A stretch of 15,881 nt of DNA from Thainema sp. (GCA_052168235.1 JBQLZK010000105.1:1-15881), one strand, 5' to 3'; shown: positions 1 through 10,229, numbered from the stretch's first letter. Program-made: numbers and translations. Notes: a model not told the origin generated them from the letters alone.

Positions 1-145
1 GACAATGCTATGCGTCTTCTTACACACCTTTGGCTATCCTCATGAATAATGCAGGTTAAGGAGTTCGAGCTGCCTAATGGTCAACATAGTTAAATGCTGG
101 AAAGTACTGTAGGTGCTATTGGTTTAATCATTCAAAAGCTTTGAA

Positions 146-176
146 TTAGCAGGTGACAGCACCTGCCACCTGCTAA
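146..176 (-). terminator. Stem-loop just downstream of the RTX gene stop; probable terminator or 3' stabilising hairpin
   Basis: TTAGCAGGTG (146-155) and CACCTGCTAA (167-176) form a perfect 10-bp inverted repeat. On the minus-strand RNA the stem extends by one G:U and three further pairs to a 3-nt loop. The U-tract is weak. A second small inverted repeat, ATTCAAA-agc-TTTGAAT (130-146), follows. Confidence 0.65.
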
Positions 177-185
177 CTAATTGCA

Positions 186-3100
186 CTAGGAGAAGGTTGT
201 GAAGTTGGAACTAGTAAGTGTATCTGCTTGGACATCAACCAGCGTGGCCAGGACTTCTCCAGTGGGGGTGAAGCTGATTAACGTATCGTCAATCAGGTCA
301 CCCATTCCTTGCGTAATACTGAGTTGATCAAAGGTTAGATCGTTTGCCAATCCAAAGACATCTTGATGAGCATTGAAATCTAGGATGGTGTCTAGACCTT
401 GGCTGAATGCCATAACGAAAGTATCTGAACCTTCGCCGCCTGATAGCGTATCTTGACCCATACCACCATTGATCAAGTCATCACCATCTTCGCCATAGAG
501 GACATCATCACCAGAGAATCCCGTCAGGATATCGGCATCTTTGCCGCCGCGCAGAGAGTCATTACCGCTGCCGCCGTCGAGGGTATCCCGACCATTGCCG
601 CCATAGAGCGAGTCATCTCCCTCTTGACCAAATAGTTCATCATGACCACCATCGCTTTCGATGCGATCGCGACCGGATTGACCGTAGAGGATATCGGCAT
701 TGTCACCACCGCTGAGCGTGTCATCGCCGGAACCACCATCCAGAACGTCTTCTCCCTGCGCGCCGTACAGTTCATCATTACCGGCATCACCCGTAAGCGT
801 GTCATCGCCAGTGCCGCCATCGAGGAAATCATCACCCATGCCACCTTCTAGGATGTCGTAGTCTTTGTCACCATAGAGGGTGTCATTGCCAGAACCGCCA
901 ATCAGCGTGTCATCTTCCGAGCCGCCTTCGATATAGTCATGGCCGGAGCCACCATTGAGAACATCGTGACCTGATTGACCAATCAGATGATCATTGCCAG
1001 AACCGCCATCTAACTGATCGTTTCCATCCCCACCATCAAGGATGTCATCTCCGGCTCCACCATCAAGGATGTCATCTCCGCTGTTGCCTTCTAGATGATC
1101 ATCTCCAGCATCACCTGTTAAGCTGTCATCGTTAGAGCCACCCTTGAGCGAGTCATCGCCAGCGCCACCGAGTAGTGTATCGCGACCATCATCGCCTTCT
1201 AGCTGGTCATTCCCCGCACCACCATCGAGATAGTCCCGTCCGTAGCTACCGTCCAGCGTGTCGTTCCCAGCCTGACCATAGAGAACATCATCGCCATCTT
1301 CACCTTTGAGGGTATCATCACCACGACCGCCATCAAGCAGATCATCTTCTGTGCCACCTTCTAGGTAGTCATGTCCGTCATTACCGTAGAGGATGTCTTC
1401 ATCCGCACCGCCTTTGAGCGAATCGTTACCATATCCGCCTTCCAGGGTATCGGCTCCATCTTCGCCATAGAGGCTATCGTCGCCGAGGCCACCTTCTAAG
1501 AGGTCATCGTCATCACCACCCTTGAGGGAGTCATTGCCATCACCACCTTGCAGTGTGTCTTGATCGGCTCCACCATAGAGCGAATCATCATCTTCACCGC
1601 CACAGAGGTAGTCATTACCATCGTCGCCTTCAAGATGATCCTTACCCGCATCGCCGGAGAGGACATCATCACCATCGCCACCATCGAGCGTGTCATCGCC
1701 ATCGCCACCAGCAATCTGATCATCGCCAGCTTTGCCTTCAATGTCATCATCACCATCGTTACCGATTAGGATGTTGGCTTGTTCATCCCCTCGGATCGTG
1801 TCGTCTTCGTCAGAACCAATGACGTTTTCGATGCTGATTAATTGGTCATGATCGTCATAGCCATCGGTGGCGCGACCTTTTGCGAGATCGACATGGACTC
1901 CATCTGGATCCCAGTGGTAGCTTGCGGTATCACTTCCAGCACCGCCATCCAGGGTATCATCGCCTGCATGACTGGCCATGAAGTCATCACCATCCAGCGT
2001 CCGAATCAAGTTGTCGGAACTGTTCCCCATCACCACATCATCGTGGTTAGAAGCGATGATGTTCTCGATATTGAGTAGCGTATCGCTGGAGTCTAGCTCG
2101 TCATAGACTTCGCCGGGATTAAGCGTAAATTCGGGTTCTGGATTTGCAACCTGCTCGTCACAGCTATCACAGTGGTCGTGGTTGTGATGCTCATAGCTAT
2201 TTTCGTCATCTAGGTTAATACGGACACCGACTGATGAGGTTTCAAAGCTAACTTCGTCTGTGCCGTCGCCACCATCGATTAGGTCGTTACCGTCACCCCC
2301 ATCGAGGAAGTCATCACCATCACCGCCGTAGAGTTCATCATCGCCAGTGCCGCCGAGAACGGTATCGTCTCCATCACCGGCATCGAGGATGTCATCGCCA
2401 GCGCCACCATCAAGAACATCATCGCCAGCTTCGCCAAAGAGTTCGTCGTCGCCGTCATTACCGTTTAGGGTGTCGTTGCCGGTACCACCTGTGACGACAT
2501 CATCACCATCCCCGGCATTAATTAGGTCTTGGCCAGCACCGCCATCTAAGTAGTCACTGCCGTCACCACCGTCAATCTGGTCGTTGCCGCCACCACCTGT
2601 GGCTTCGTCATCTCCGGCACCTGCGTCGAGGATGTCGTCGCCATCACCACCAGCGAGATAGTCATCACCAGATGCGGCATTAAGGGTGTCGTTATTGTCT
2701 CCGCCGTCAAGGATATCGTCGCCAATGCCGCTGTTAAGAACATCATTGCCATCCTGACCATAGAGTTCATCGTCGCCTTCGGCACCGTCTAGTTGGTCAT
2801 CGCCGCGACCGCCGTAGAGGGTATCGCTACCTGTGCGACCGAACAATTGGTCATTGTCATCGCCACCATCAAGATAGTCACTGCCGATATCACCATCAAG
2901 ATAGTCATCACCGGCTGAGCCAAAGAGGGAGTCGTCACCAGCTTCGCCATAAACCTCATCGTTGCCAGCGCCGCCGTCGAGGGTGTCTTCGCCATCCCGA
3001 CCATAGATCAGGTCAGCATCATCTCCACCATCAGCCGAGTCGTTACCGGCACCCGCGTCAATGAAGTCTTCACCCGCTGAACCGAACAAGTCGTCATGGC

Positions 3101-6100
3101 CGATTTCGCCGTAGATTTTATCGTTGCCTGCTCCACCATCTAGGGTGTCATCGCCAGCGCGACCGTAGATTAAGTCAGCGTCATCACCACCATCAGCAGT
3201 ATCATTGCCAATTCCGGCATCAATGAAGTCTTCGCCACCTGATCCGAAGAGGCTGTCATCGTTCTCTTCGCCGTAGATTTTATCGTTACCTGCTCCACCA
3301 TCTAGAGTATCGTTGCCAGTACGACCGTACAGTTCGTCAGCATCGTCGCCACCATCGGCAATATCATTGCCAGTGCCCGCATCAATATAGTCTTCACCTG
3401 TGGCTCCCTGGATGACATCATTGCCTGCTTCACCATAGATGAAGTCGCCCTCTGAGCCACCATCTAGCGTGTCATTACCAGTATTGCCATAGAGGTGATC
3501 AATCCCTTCATTGCCGTAGAGTTCATCATTTTCGGTGCCGCCATCTAGTGTGTCTTGACCTAGGCCACCGTAGAGTTCGTCATCACCTTCATTGCCGTAA
3601 AGCAGGTCATTTTCAGAGCCCCCATCTAGGAAATCGTTACCTGCATTTCCTTCAATTGTGTCTTCGCCGGATTCTCCATAAAGAAAGTCGTTTTCACCTT
3701 GACCATAAATGGTGTCATTTTCAGTTCCACCCCAGATAGAGTCATTGCCTGCACCACCTTCGAGGAGATCGTTGCCAGCATCACCCCAAATGCGATCGTT
3801 GCCATAACCGCTATCGCCGATGACCCAATCGTCTCCACCACCGGCACGGATATCGTCGTCACCATCACCACCGCGAATGACATCCCGTGAACCAACATCT
3901 GGGAAGCCAATTGCATCAAGCCACTGTAAATCCCCAAATATGACATCTACACCTTGATTGCCGTAAAGGGTGTCTTCACCCAGCCCACCAACAATGGTGT
4001 CATCACCGAGTTCTCCGTAGAGGTTGTCATCTCCTAGGCTGCCATCGATACGATCGTCACCATTGCCACCTGTGATGATGTTGTTTTGGGCATCGCCAGA
4101 GAGGTTATCGCTATATTCGGAGCCGACAAGGTGAATAAAGTTAGTGATGGTATCTTGTCCGCCCCAACCGTCAGTTGCTGTTCCTGCGGCCAAATTCACA
4201 GTAACGCCGCTGGCATCACGACGATAACTCAAGGTATCGATACCTGAGCCCCCATCGAGATAGTCATTACCGGCATTGCCAATCACGAGGTCATTGCCTG
4301 CCAGTGCCCAGATGGAATTATTAAATTTGTTGCCGATTAGAATGTCGTCAAAGTTGGTGCTAATAATGTCTTCAAGGTTGCGAAGGGTATCGACAAAACC
4401 GAGACCATCAAAGGCTGTGCCTGCGGAAACAGCAAAGTCAGGTTCGAGATCGGTGTGGTAGAAGCTCGGGTTGTTGTCATTGACTAACCAGTCGTAACGC
4501 TCCTGACGACTATGGCTAAAGCTCTGAACTTCATTAATGTTGACGATGACGCCGGATGTTGAGCTTTGGTAGTCAACTAAGTCGATTTGTTCGCCACCAT
4601 CAATGAAATCGTTGCCCGTTCCTCCAATGAAGTAGTCGTCTCCAGCATTGCCATAAAGTTCATCGCGTCCAGCATTGCCTTCAATAGTGTCATTACCTGC
4701 ACCACCGTAAATCAGATCGTTCCCAAATTCGCCATAGAGAGTATCGCTGCCAGCACCACCATCAACGAAATCACTACCCCCTCCGGCAAACACTACGTCA
4801 TTACCATCGCCGCCATAAATGACATCAGCTTCACCATATTGTTGGCTATATGCTTGGTCAGCATAGATATGTCGTAAATCACCGTAGATGGTGTCGTTGC
4901 CAGCACCACCATCGATAGTATCGAGTCCTGAGCCGCCCATAATTCTATTGGCGCTGGAGTTGCCGAGAAGCACATCATTGCCTGCTTCGCCATAGAGATT
5001 TTCAGAACCAAAGGATTCGGGCAAGATTAAGAAATCATCATCAGCCGTTCCAACATTTGGAAAAATCGAATTAAATGGTATGGAGCGACTTTGACCGAAG
5101 TCTGGATTTTCTCCAGTCAAAAGCCTATATAAGTCAGAGAACAGAATTCCCTTGTCAAATTCAAAAATTGGGAAATACTCATTAGCAAGAGGCTTTTCGT
5201 ATAAATCTGCGATCGTGAATGATGCAGATACTCCGGCACTGAATTTCCCTGGCAAACCTGCAGAGACTCCAACACTTCCTTCTAAAAGACCAACCTCAAA
5301 TGTTAGATCCGCCTCCACCCCGATTTCAAAGGAAAAGAACACTTCAGGATCGTAACCTAAAAACAAATCAATTTTCGAATTGCTATTAGCATCTCTTAGC
5401 AGCAATTCATCAATTTCTTGAAAACTTGTTATATTTTCTTGGATTTCACCACTCAAAATATTGACTGTTCCTTCTCGAATCCCTACCTTGAAGTCATGAT
5501 TGGCATCGAGAGAAGCGGTCAAATCTGTTGGCAGTAGTCTCAGGCCAAGATCAAAAAAAGCTCCAGGCACATTTGGAATTGGAATACTCACCGATGGAGC
5601 CAACCAGTTCATTCCTGGAATTTTGGCTATTAGTTGATCAAAGCTAAAAGCTACATCTACCAAATCAACATTGATATTAGTACCAAATGAGTATTCATCC
5701 TCTGTTTCAACTTCGAAATCTATATCTACTGGGTTGACAGGTTGCGATACTGTGAGCACATCAAATAAACTGATATACGCATCAATTGAGCTTTGATCCA
5801 GTACATAGTTGATCAGGTCTGTGCTGCCTACCTCCAATAATGGCTTCCTTTCATTTTCAACCCTTCCACTAATCAATGTCTTTTCACCATAGTAGTCTAG
5901 GCCCAAAGTGGAAATATCGAGATAGCCAAATAAAGAGCCAATATTATAGTTTGCAACGGCATCTAGGGATAAATTTAATTGAGGCTCAATAAGCTCAAAT
6001 TCACCTTCATAAATATTTTCAAAGTCTAGTGCAAGCTGATTATTATCACCAGTGGCTACTAATTTTGAGTCAAAAGGCAGATCAATATCAATGCTTCCAA

Positions 6101-6383
6101 GATTATAACCAGCAGTAAAACCTACTCCAGCGGTAACTGATCCCCCATTTAAAGTGATTCCAGCGGTGCCTGTTCCAATTCCAACTCCGAATACATTGAC
6201 CCCAACATCAATATTCTCAATACGACCAGGATAGTTAACTGTACCTGTAAAATCAAAGGTCTTTTCGAGTGAGTTTTGAATATCAGTCCCCAAAATTTTA
6301 TTAATTAATCCTGCAGTGGTTTCCTGATAATTAATTCCACCAAAATTCAGATCTAATTGAAAAGTTGTAGTATCGATAGACAT
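186..6383 (-). CDS. Large RTX (hemolysin-type Ca-binding repeat) surface or secreted protein, type I secretion substrate, with an unrecognised N-terminal domain of about 440 aa
   Basis: 2065-aa ORF with very many GGxGxDxLx nonamers and SY...GVxVNL...DG...DTLxNIEN modules. The C-terminus (GGEGSDTFV...DTILDF...DVFGL...LTFDQLSI...[17 protein letters not shown]) is typical of cyanobacterial RTX proteins. There is no N-terminal signal peptide. A GGGAG RBS (6391-6395) lies 7 nt before the ATG. Confidence 0.93.
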   Translation of the reverse strand: MSIDTTTFQLDLNFGGINYQETTAGLINKILGTDIQNSLEKTFDFTGTVNYPGRIENIDVGVNVFGVGIGTGTAGITLNGGSVTAGVGFTAGYNLGSIDIDLPFDSKLVATGDNNQLALDFENIYEGEFELIEPQLNLSLDAVANYNIGSLFGYLDISTLGLDYYGEKTLISGRVENERKPLLEVGSTDLINYVLDQSSIDAYISLFDVLTVSQPVNPVDIDFEVETEDEYSFGTNINVDLVDVAFSFDQLIAKIPGMNWLAPSVSIPIPNVPGAFFDLGLRLLPTDLTASLDANHDFKVGIREGTVNILSGEIQENITSFQEIDELLLRDANSNSKIDLFLGYDPEVFFSFEIGVEADLTFEVGLLEGSVGVSAGLPGKFSAGVSASFTIADLYEKPLANEYFPIFEFDKGILFSDLYRLLTGENPDFGQSRSIPFNSIFPNVGTADDDFLILPESFGSENLYGEAGNDVLLGNSSANRIMGGSGLDTIDGGAGNDTIYGDLRHIYADQAYSQQYGEADVIYGGDGNDVVFAGGGSDFVDGGAGSDTLYGEFGNDLIYGGAGNDTIEGNAGRDELYGNAGDDYFIGGTGNDFIDGGEQIDLVDYQSSTSGVIVNINEVQSFSHSRQERYDWLVNDNNPSFYHTDLEPDFAVSAGTAFDGLGFVDTLRNLEDIISTNFDDILIGNKFNNSIWALAGNDLVIGNAGNDYLDGGSGIDTLSYRRDASGVTVNLAAGTATDGWGGQDTITNFIHLVGSEYSDNLSGDAQNNIITGGNGDDRIDGSLGDDNLYGELGDDTIVGGLGEDTLYGNQGVDVIFGDLQWLDAIGFPDVGSRDVIRGGDGDDDIRAGGGDDWVIGDSGYGNDRIWGDAGNDLLEGGAGNDSIWGGTENDTIYGQGENDFLYGESGEDTIEGNAGNDFLDGGSENDLLYGNEGDDELYGGLGQDTLDGGTENDELYGNEGIDHLYGNTGNDTLDGGSEGDFIYGEAGNDVIQGATGEDYIDAGTGNDIADGGDDADELYGRTGNDTLDGGAGNDKIYGEENDDSLFGSGGEDFIDAGIGNDTADGGDDADLIYGRAGDDTLDGGAGNDKIYGEIGHDDLFGSAGEDFIDAGAGNDSADGGDDADLIYGRDGEDTLDGGAGNDEVYGEAGDDSLFGSAGDDYLDGDIGSDYLDGGDDNDQLFGRTGSDTLYGGRGDDQLDGAEGDDELYGQDGNDVLNSGIGDDILDGGDNNDTLNAASGDDYLAGGDGDDILDAGAGDDEATGGGGNDQIDGGDGSDYLDGGAGQDLINAGDGDDVVTGGTGNDTLNGNDGDDELFGEAGDDVLDGGAGDDILDAGDGDDTVLGGTGDDELYGGDGDDFLDGGDGNDLIDGGDGTDEVSFETSSVGVRINLDDENSYEHHNHDHCDSCDEQVANPEPEFTLNPGEVYDELDSSDTLLNIENIIASNHDDVVMGNSSDNLIRTLDGDDFMASHAGDDTLDGGAGSDTASYHWDPDGVHVDLAKGRATDGYDDHDQLISIENVIGSDEDDTIRGDEQANILIGNDGDDDIEGKAGDDQIAGGDGDDTLDGGDGDDVLSGDAGKDHLEGDDGNDYLCGGEDDDSLYGGADQDTLQGGDGNDSLKGGDDDDLLEGGLGDDSLYGEDGADTLEGGYGNDSLKGGADEDILYGNDGHDYLEGGTEDDLLDGGRGDDTLKGEDGDDVLYGQAGNDTLDGSYGRDYLDGGAGNDQLEGDDGRDTLLGGAGDDSLKGGSNDDSLTGDAGDDHLEGNSGDDILDGGAGDDILDGGDGNDQLDGGSGNDHLIGQSGHDVLNGGSGHDYIEGGSEDDTLIGGSGNDTLYGDKDYDILEGGMGDDFLDGGTGDDTLTGDAGNDELYGAQGEDVLDGGSGDDTLSGGDNADILYGQSGRDRIESDGGHDELFGQEGDDSLYGGNGRDTLDGGSGNDSLRGGKDADILTGFSGDDVLYGEDGDDLINGGMGQDTLSGGEGSDTFVMAFSQGLDTILDFNAHQDVFGLANDLTFDQLSITQGMGDLIDDTLISFTPTGEVLATLVDVQADTLTSSNFTTFS
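663..670. repeat. HIP1 octamer GCGATCGC
   Basis: Exact palindrome. Further copies were seen at 9021-9028 and 10207-10214. HIP1 is the cyanobacterial highly iterated palindrome. Confidence 0.7.
1030..1080. repeat. Exact 24-bp direct repeat at 27-bp period (recent duplication of one RTX nonamer)
   Basis: CCACCATCAAGGATGTCATCTCCG at 1030-1053 and 1057-1080, each encoding GDDILDGG. Confidence 0.85.
2814..3461 (-). repeat. Four tandem 162-bp (54-aa, 6-nonamer) higher-order repeats within the RTX gene
   Basis: Unit [54 protein letters not shown]. The DNA TTCGCCGTAGATTTTATCGTT(G/A)CCTGCTCCACCATCTAG recurs at 3105 and 3267, 162 bp apart. Confidence 0.85.
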
Positions 6384-6445
6384 GGTAAATCTCCCAAATT
6401 GAAATTAGAAAATGAACAAGTTAAGCAAAATTGTTGAACGTATGG

Positions 6446-7648
6446 TTATGCACTAAGGTGTGCAAGTCGCCAAGACAGGCATTGAGCTAAATCAAAGCGA
6501 TCCAGAGCTATTTCCCTAGCTTGAAATCGTATTGATGCTGTCTGATCAAGACAACCCAAAATCGCCTCGACCTGAGCAACAATGTCTTCTGGTGAAAAGA
6601 AATCTGCGAAAAGTCCCTGGGTACCATCGATGATGACCTCCTCAACTGGTGCAGTACGAGATCCAACAACAGCACACCCCGTCGCCATCGCCTCCAACAT
6701 CGACCACGACAAAACAAACGGTCGCGTCAAATAAACATGCACAGAAGATGCCTGCAAAACCTGCAAGTATTGGTTGTAAGGCAACAACCCCGTGAAGTGA
6801 ATTCGGGATAAATCTAAATCCAATTCCTCCAACGCTTTTTGTTTATAAGTCCGGCCATCCGGCAGTGGTTTGCCATAGGCCACCCGGTCTTCTCCCACAA
6901 TCACCGCATGACAATTTGGTCGCCGCTGCTGCAACAGCGCCAACGCCTCCATAAACTGCGGAAAACCCCGATAGGGTTCCATCCCCCGTGCCACATACGT
7001 GACTAACTCATCCACATGGGATAAATCCAAACCAATTGACGGCAGCACCAACTTTGCGCCGGGATTTGGCCGAAAATAATCCGTATCAATACCGTCATGA
7101 ATCACCGTCAACTTCGACTGGAACTCCGGTGGAAACTGCTGATACTGCCACTGCGTCGGCGTAATGCCCTTATCGCAAGCTTCCAAATCCAGCAAAATCG
7201 GTGTATTCTTCACCCGAATTCGCGCCTCATCATCCGCCGTCAGTGGCTCAGACGGATCAAAATCAGCATCACTCCCATGAGCGCGATAAAACCACTCAAA
7301 GTAGCCGATATAGGTTGCCTTCGGGAAAATATCCTTGATAAACATCCCCGCGCCCCAACCCGAGTGGGCATACACCACATGGGGATAAAACCCATCCGCC
7401 TTGAGCTGCTGCGCCATTCGATAAACCGCCTGCCCCTGCAAGACAGCGTTTTCCAATGGCCGCACATAGCGATGAGTCGCTGGGTCAGCCTGCCGAGTCG
7501 GCTGGTAGTAAGCCTTTTTCACTCCGGGTAAGCTACCTTCCTGACGCATCGTGCCAAATACCACTTCATGATTTGGGTCTTTGGCTAGTGCTGTAGCTAA
7601 ATGGCGAAACTGAGCTGGAAAATTGGGATGCAAAAATAGAATCTTCAT
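6446..7648 (-). CDS. Glycosyltransferase family 4, ExpC-like
   Basis: Motifs MKILFLHPNFPAQFRHLA, HSGWG, YFEWFY, VIHDGIDT, TYVARGMEPYRGFPQFM and HVYLTRPFVLSWSMLEAMATG. The ATG at 7648 matches the family N-terminus and is preferred over the TTG at 7663. Confidence 0.92.
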   Translation of the reverse strand: MKILFLHPNFPAQFRHLATALAKDPNHEVVFGTMRQEGSLPGVKKAYYQPTRQADPATHRYVRPLENAVLQGQAVYRMAQQLKADGFYPHVVYAHSGWGAGMFIKDIFPKATYIGYFEWFYRAHGSDADFDPSEPLTADDEARIRVKNTPILLDLEACDKGITPTQWQYQQFPPEFQSKLTVIHDGIDTDYFRPNPGAKLVLPSIGLDLSHVDELVTYVARGMEPYRGFPQFMEALALLQQRRPNCHAVIVGEDRVAYGKPLPDGRTYKQKALEELDLDLSRIHFTGLLPYNQYLQVLQASSVHVYLTRPFVLSWSMLEAMATGCAVVGSRTAPVEEVIIDGTQGLFADFFSPEDIVAQVEAILGCLDQTASIRFQAREIALDRFDLAQCLSWRLAHLSA

Positions 7649-7822
7649 AGCGTTGAAGACCAAACTAGAGAATAGTGAGAGTTGAAGATCTGTTGATTGA
7701 GTGCGTTAACTACAGTGGTTGCAGTTGCGATCTCACTTCGCTGCCCTGAAATAGAGTTATTCAGAACTGGGATCACTTATTTTTCGTCAAAATTGAGCGA
7801 ATTTATGCAAGCAGCTCAAAAG

Positions 7823-8056
7823 TCATACAGCAGAAACAAGCAGGGTAGTGCCGCGACGCCCCAGAACTTGAACGGATGTTTCTGGATAGACATAGAGCTG
7901 TTCATTCGGATCAGCAACCTGAGCTGACCAGTAAGTAGCGCGCCAGTACACTCGGCCTGGACGGTGTGGTGAGATCGCAGTAATCACTACAGCCAAATCA
8001 GACGTATCAACTTCACGTAACCACTGATTGGGCTGGGGTTCAAAAAATGAAGACAT
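7823..8056 (-). CDS. Stand-alone NfeD-like C-terminal OB-fold protein (77 aa)
   Basis: AVVITAISPHRPGRVYWRATYWSAQ...VQVLGRRGTTLLV matches the NfeD C-terminal pattern (GRV...W.A...V.V....G.TL.V). An AGGAGG RBS lies at 8068-8073 on the minus strand. Confidence 0.85.
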   Translation of the reverse strand: MSSFFEPQPNQWLREVDTSDLAVVITAISPHRPGRVYWRATYWSAQVADPNEQLYVYPETSVQVLGRRGTTLLVSAV

Positions 8057-8169
8057 TGTTTAAGTTGCCTCCTCAGTGACTGGCGCGCACTAATCTGCAA
8101 TCAAAGCCCTACATTCAGCCGTGTACCTAGTCATACGTAAGCTGATCTGTAAAAAAAGTAGGCATTTTT

Positions 8170-8198
8170 TTGACTTAATAAGGGAAAATACGTATTAT
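8170..8198 (+). promoter_or_regulatory. Sigma70-type promoter for the plus-strand genes
   Basis: TTGACT (8170-8175), a 17-nt spacer, then TATTAT (8193-8198). A7 (8151-8157) and T7 (8165-8171) tracts upstream resemble an UP element. The palindrome AATACGTATT (8187-8196) overlaps the -10 box. Confidence 0.6.
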
Positions 8199-8320
8199 CG
8201 AGTACGTGTATGTAGCATTGTGTGTTTCCTTCTTATTGGTTTCTTTGTTCCTTGTGTCCCAGAATATGCGGAGTCAATAAAGTCATAAACTAACGAATCC
8301 GTATCAGCATAAGGAAAAGC

Positions 8321-8348
8321 GTTACGAAAGCAGTTACTAATTTCGTTA
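8321..8348 (+). promoter_or_regulatory. Three GTTA motifs at exact 12-bp period; candidate operator
   Basis: GTTA at 8321, 8333 and 8345, immediately upstream of the ATG at 8355. A similar array lies at 10230-10258. Confidence 0.4.
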
Positions 8349-8354
8349 AAGCGG

Positions 8355-10223
8355 ATGCAGGGTGATCAACCAATGCAGATGTGCCAACAAGCTGAACACA
8401 TCTGGGACCTTCCTCGACTATTTGCAGATCTCAGTGCAGCGAAACAAAAGCGTCTCACTCCTTGTGAGAGGCAGTACGTGTGTGGACTTTTAGTGGGCTA
8501 CGGACCACAAGAGATTGCTGCGATTTTGAATAAAGATAAGGGTGGGGTAAGAGTTGCACTCTTACCGCTATATCGATATGCCGAGGCTCTTCTTGGATCA
8601 GCTGATAAGACCGTTAATTCCAAGAATTTTGCCCAGCGGTTAAGTCCCTACCGACGGGCATCTCACCCTATTTCTGTGGTCTCAGCAGCAAGAATCCATT
8701 TACTACTGATTAATTACAGCAATGATGTGACTTTAGAACAGAGCATCGTTGTGCATAAGGATTACTCTGTTAAATCTGCTACATTAGCATCGCTTTCAAT
8801 AGCAGACTGGTCTGCAATTGTAGGTACCTGCCCAACTATTGATGCCGTTGTTTTGATATTGCCTCAAACAGCAGTCATTAGCGAACTAGTCACAGAAGAA
8901 ATTCGTTGGTTACGGCAGCAACTCTCTGGTCAGACTGCTCCCCTACCTCGCTTTATCGGAGTTCGCTTAGGCGATTATGCTGTCGATTTGCTGAATTATG
9001 ATCTGCGGGGTCTAATAGATGCGATCGCACCCCAAGCGTGGCAATCGGCTACAGACACACCAGCAGTGTTGGAAAATTTGCATCAGATTTTGACATTGGA
9101 GCAAGATGAGCTTGCTAGCCAGTGGCCAATTCAGCCGTCGGCTAACGTATTGCCTAACACTGCTGATGTATCTATTGAGGTATCGAAACAACCTCCCTTA
9201 CCGATAGCGGCTCCTGAGCTACCAGGGGGACAGATGGATTTAACTTCTGCGTTTTATGTCGAGCGTCCTCCGGTTGAAATGCGGTGCTATGAGATGTTGG
9301 ATCAACCCGGCAGCCTCATCCGGATTAAAGCTCCTCGACAAATGGGTAAAACCTCCCTATTGGCTCGGATACTACATCAAGCCGCTGAACGTGAACATCG
9401 TGCTGTGTCACTTAGCTTTCAAATTGCTGATGCAAGTGTATTTAGTGATCTCAAACAGTTCCTAAAATGGTTCTGTGCATGCCTGAGTCGAAAGTTGCAG
9501 TTGCCCAATCGGGTTAACGAGGTATGGGACGATATCTTGGGAGCCAAGATGAATTGCTCAACTTACTTTGAGGATTGTTTGTTGCCGGAAATTGGCGGCA
9601 CGCTGACATTAGGACTAGATGAATTGGATTGCGTTTTCGCCTATTCCGATGTCGTTAAGGATTTTCTGGGGCTGTTACGAACCTGGAACGAAGATGCTAG
9701 GACGGGTGGCATTTGGCGCAAGCTACAACTGGTGCTTGTGCATTCAACGGAGGTATATATTCCGCTGGATATTAGCCAATCTCCGTTTAATGTTGGCTTG
9801 CCAATTGAATTGAAGGATTTTAATGTCGAGCAAATACTAGATTTAGCATATCGTCATCATTTAGCCTGGCGGGACACAGAGGCACAGCGACTGATGGCGA
9901 TGATTGGGGGCCATCCTTTCCTAAGTAGACTATCGTTATATCATCTTGCTCGTCGTGACATTACGTTAGACGAATTGCAAAAAGGATCTGCGACTGAAGC
10001 GGGCCTGTATGGGGACCATTTGCGCCGACAGTTGTGGACATTGCAGCAATACCCCGATCTGGCAGACGCGATGCGAGCAGTTGTAGCCTCACAATCTCCC
10101 GTCCGGCTTGAGCCGGTTCAAGCGTTTAAGCTGTCGGGCATGGGTTTGGTGCTGCTAGACAATAATGAGGTGTATCCACGCTATGAACTCTATCGTCAGT
10201 ACTTTAGCGATCGCTTGAGTTAA
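8355..10223 (+). CDS. HTH - divergent TIR - AAA_35-type P-loop NTPase
   Basis: N-terminal WDLPRLFADL...LTPCERQYVCGLLVGYGPQEIAAILNK is HTH-like. A TIR-like block spans aa ~113-245 (VVLILPQTAVISELVTEE...IGVRL...LNYDLRG...WQSATDT). AAA_35 motifs: PGGQM...FYVERPP, Walker A APRQMGKT (K332), Walker B LGLDELD (D422), QSPFNVG and GGHPFL. The start could also be 8373 or 8379. Confidence 0.9.
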   Translation: MQGDQPMQMCQQAEHIWDLPRLFADLSAAKQKRLTPCERQYVCGLLVGYGPQEIAAILNKDKGGVRVALLPLYRYAEALLGSADKTVNSKNFAQRLSPYRRASHPISVVSAARIHLLLINYSNDVTLEQSIVVHKDYSVKSATLASLSIADWSAIVGTCPTIDAVVLILPQTAVISELVTEEIRWLRQQLSGQTAPLPRFIGVRLGDYAVDLLNYDLRGLIDAIAPQAWQSATDTPAVLENLHQILTLEQDELASQWPIQPSANVLPNTADVSIEVSKQPPLPIAAPELPGGQMDLTSAFYVERPPVEMRCYEMLDQPGSLIRIKAPRQMGKTSLLARILHQAAEREHRAVSLSFQIADASVFSDLKQFLKWFCACLSRKLQLPNRVNEVWDDILGAKMNCSTYFEDCLLPEIGGTLTLGLDELDCVFAYSDVVKDFLGLLRTWNEDARTGGIWRKLQLVLVHSTEVYIPLDISQSPFNVGLPIELKDFNVEQILDLAYRHHLAWRDTEAQRLMAMIGGHPFLSRLSLYHLARRDITLDELQKGSATEAGLYGDHLRRQLWTLQQYPDLADAMRAVVASQSPVRLEPVQAFKLSGMGLVLLDNNEVYPRYELYRQYFSDRLS

Positions 10224-10229
10224 GAGGGC

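Noticed and set aside
1..129. Possible gene end or start at the left edge
   Set aside because: Only very short open frames are present, with no recognisable product.
430..5040. 27-bp periodicity resembling a CRISPR array or DNA repeat element
   Set aside because: The period equals the 9-aa RTX unit with synonymous variation. There is no constant repeat with unique spacers and no cas genes.
453..5355. Many short alternative-frame and antisense ORFs inside the RTX gene, including His/Arg-rich ones
   Set aside because: They are shadows of the repetitive Gly/Asp codons, have no recognisable motifs and lie entirely within a well-supported CDS.
6420..6448. GTT(A/G) at 6420, 6433 and 6445 upstream of the RTX gene as a third phased array
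   Set aside because: The spacing is irregular (13 and 12), one copy mismatches and one overlaps the GT stop codon.
6508..7927. Small ORFs overlapping the GT and NfeD genes (7097-7531 +, 7697-7927 + and others)
   Set aside because: They are antisense or out of frame to recognisable genes and show no family motifs.
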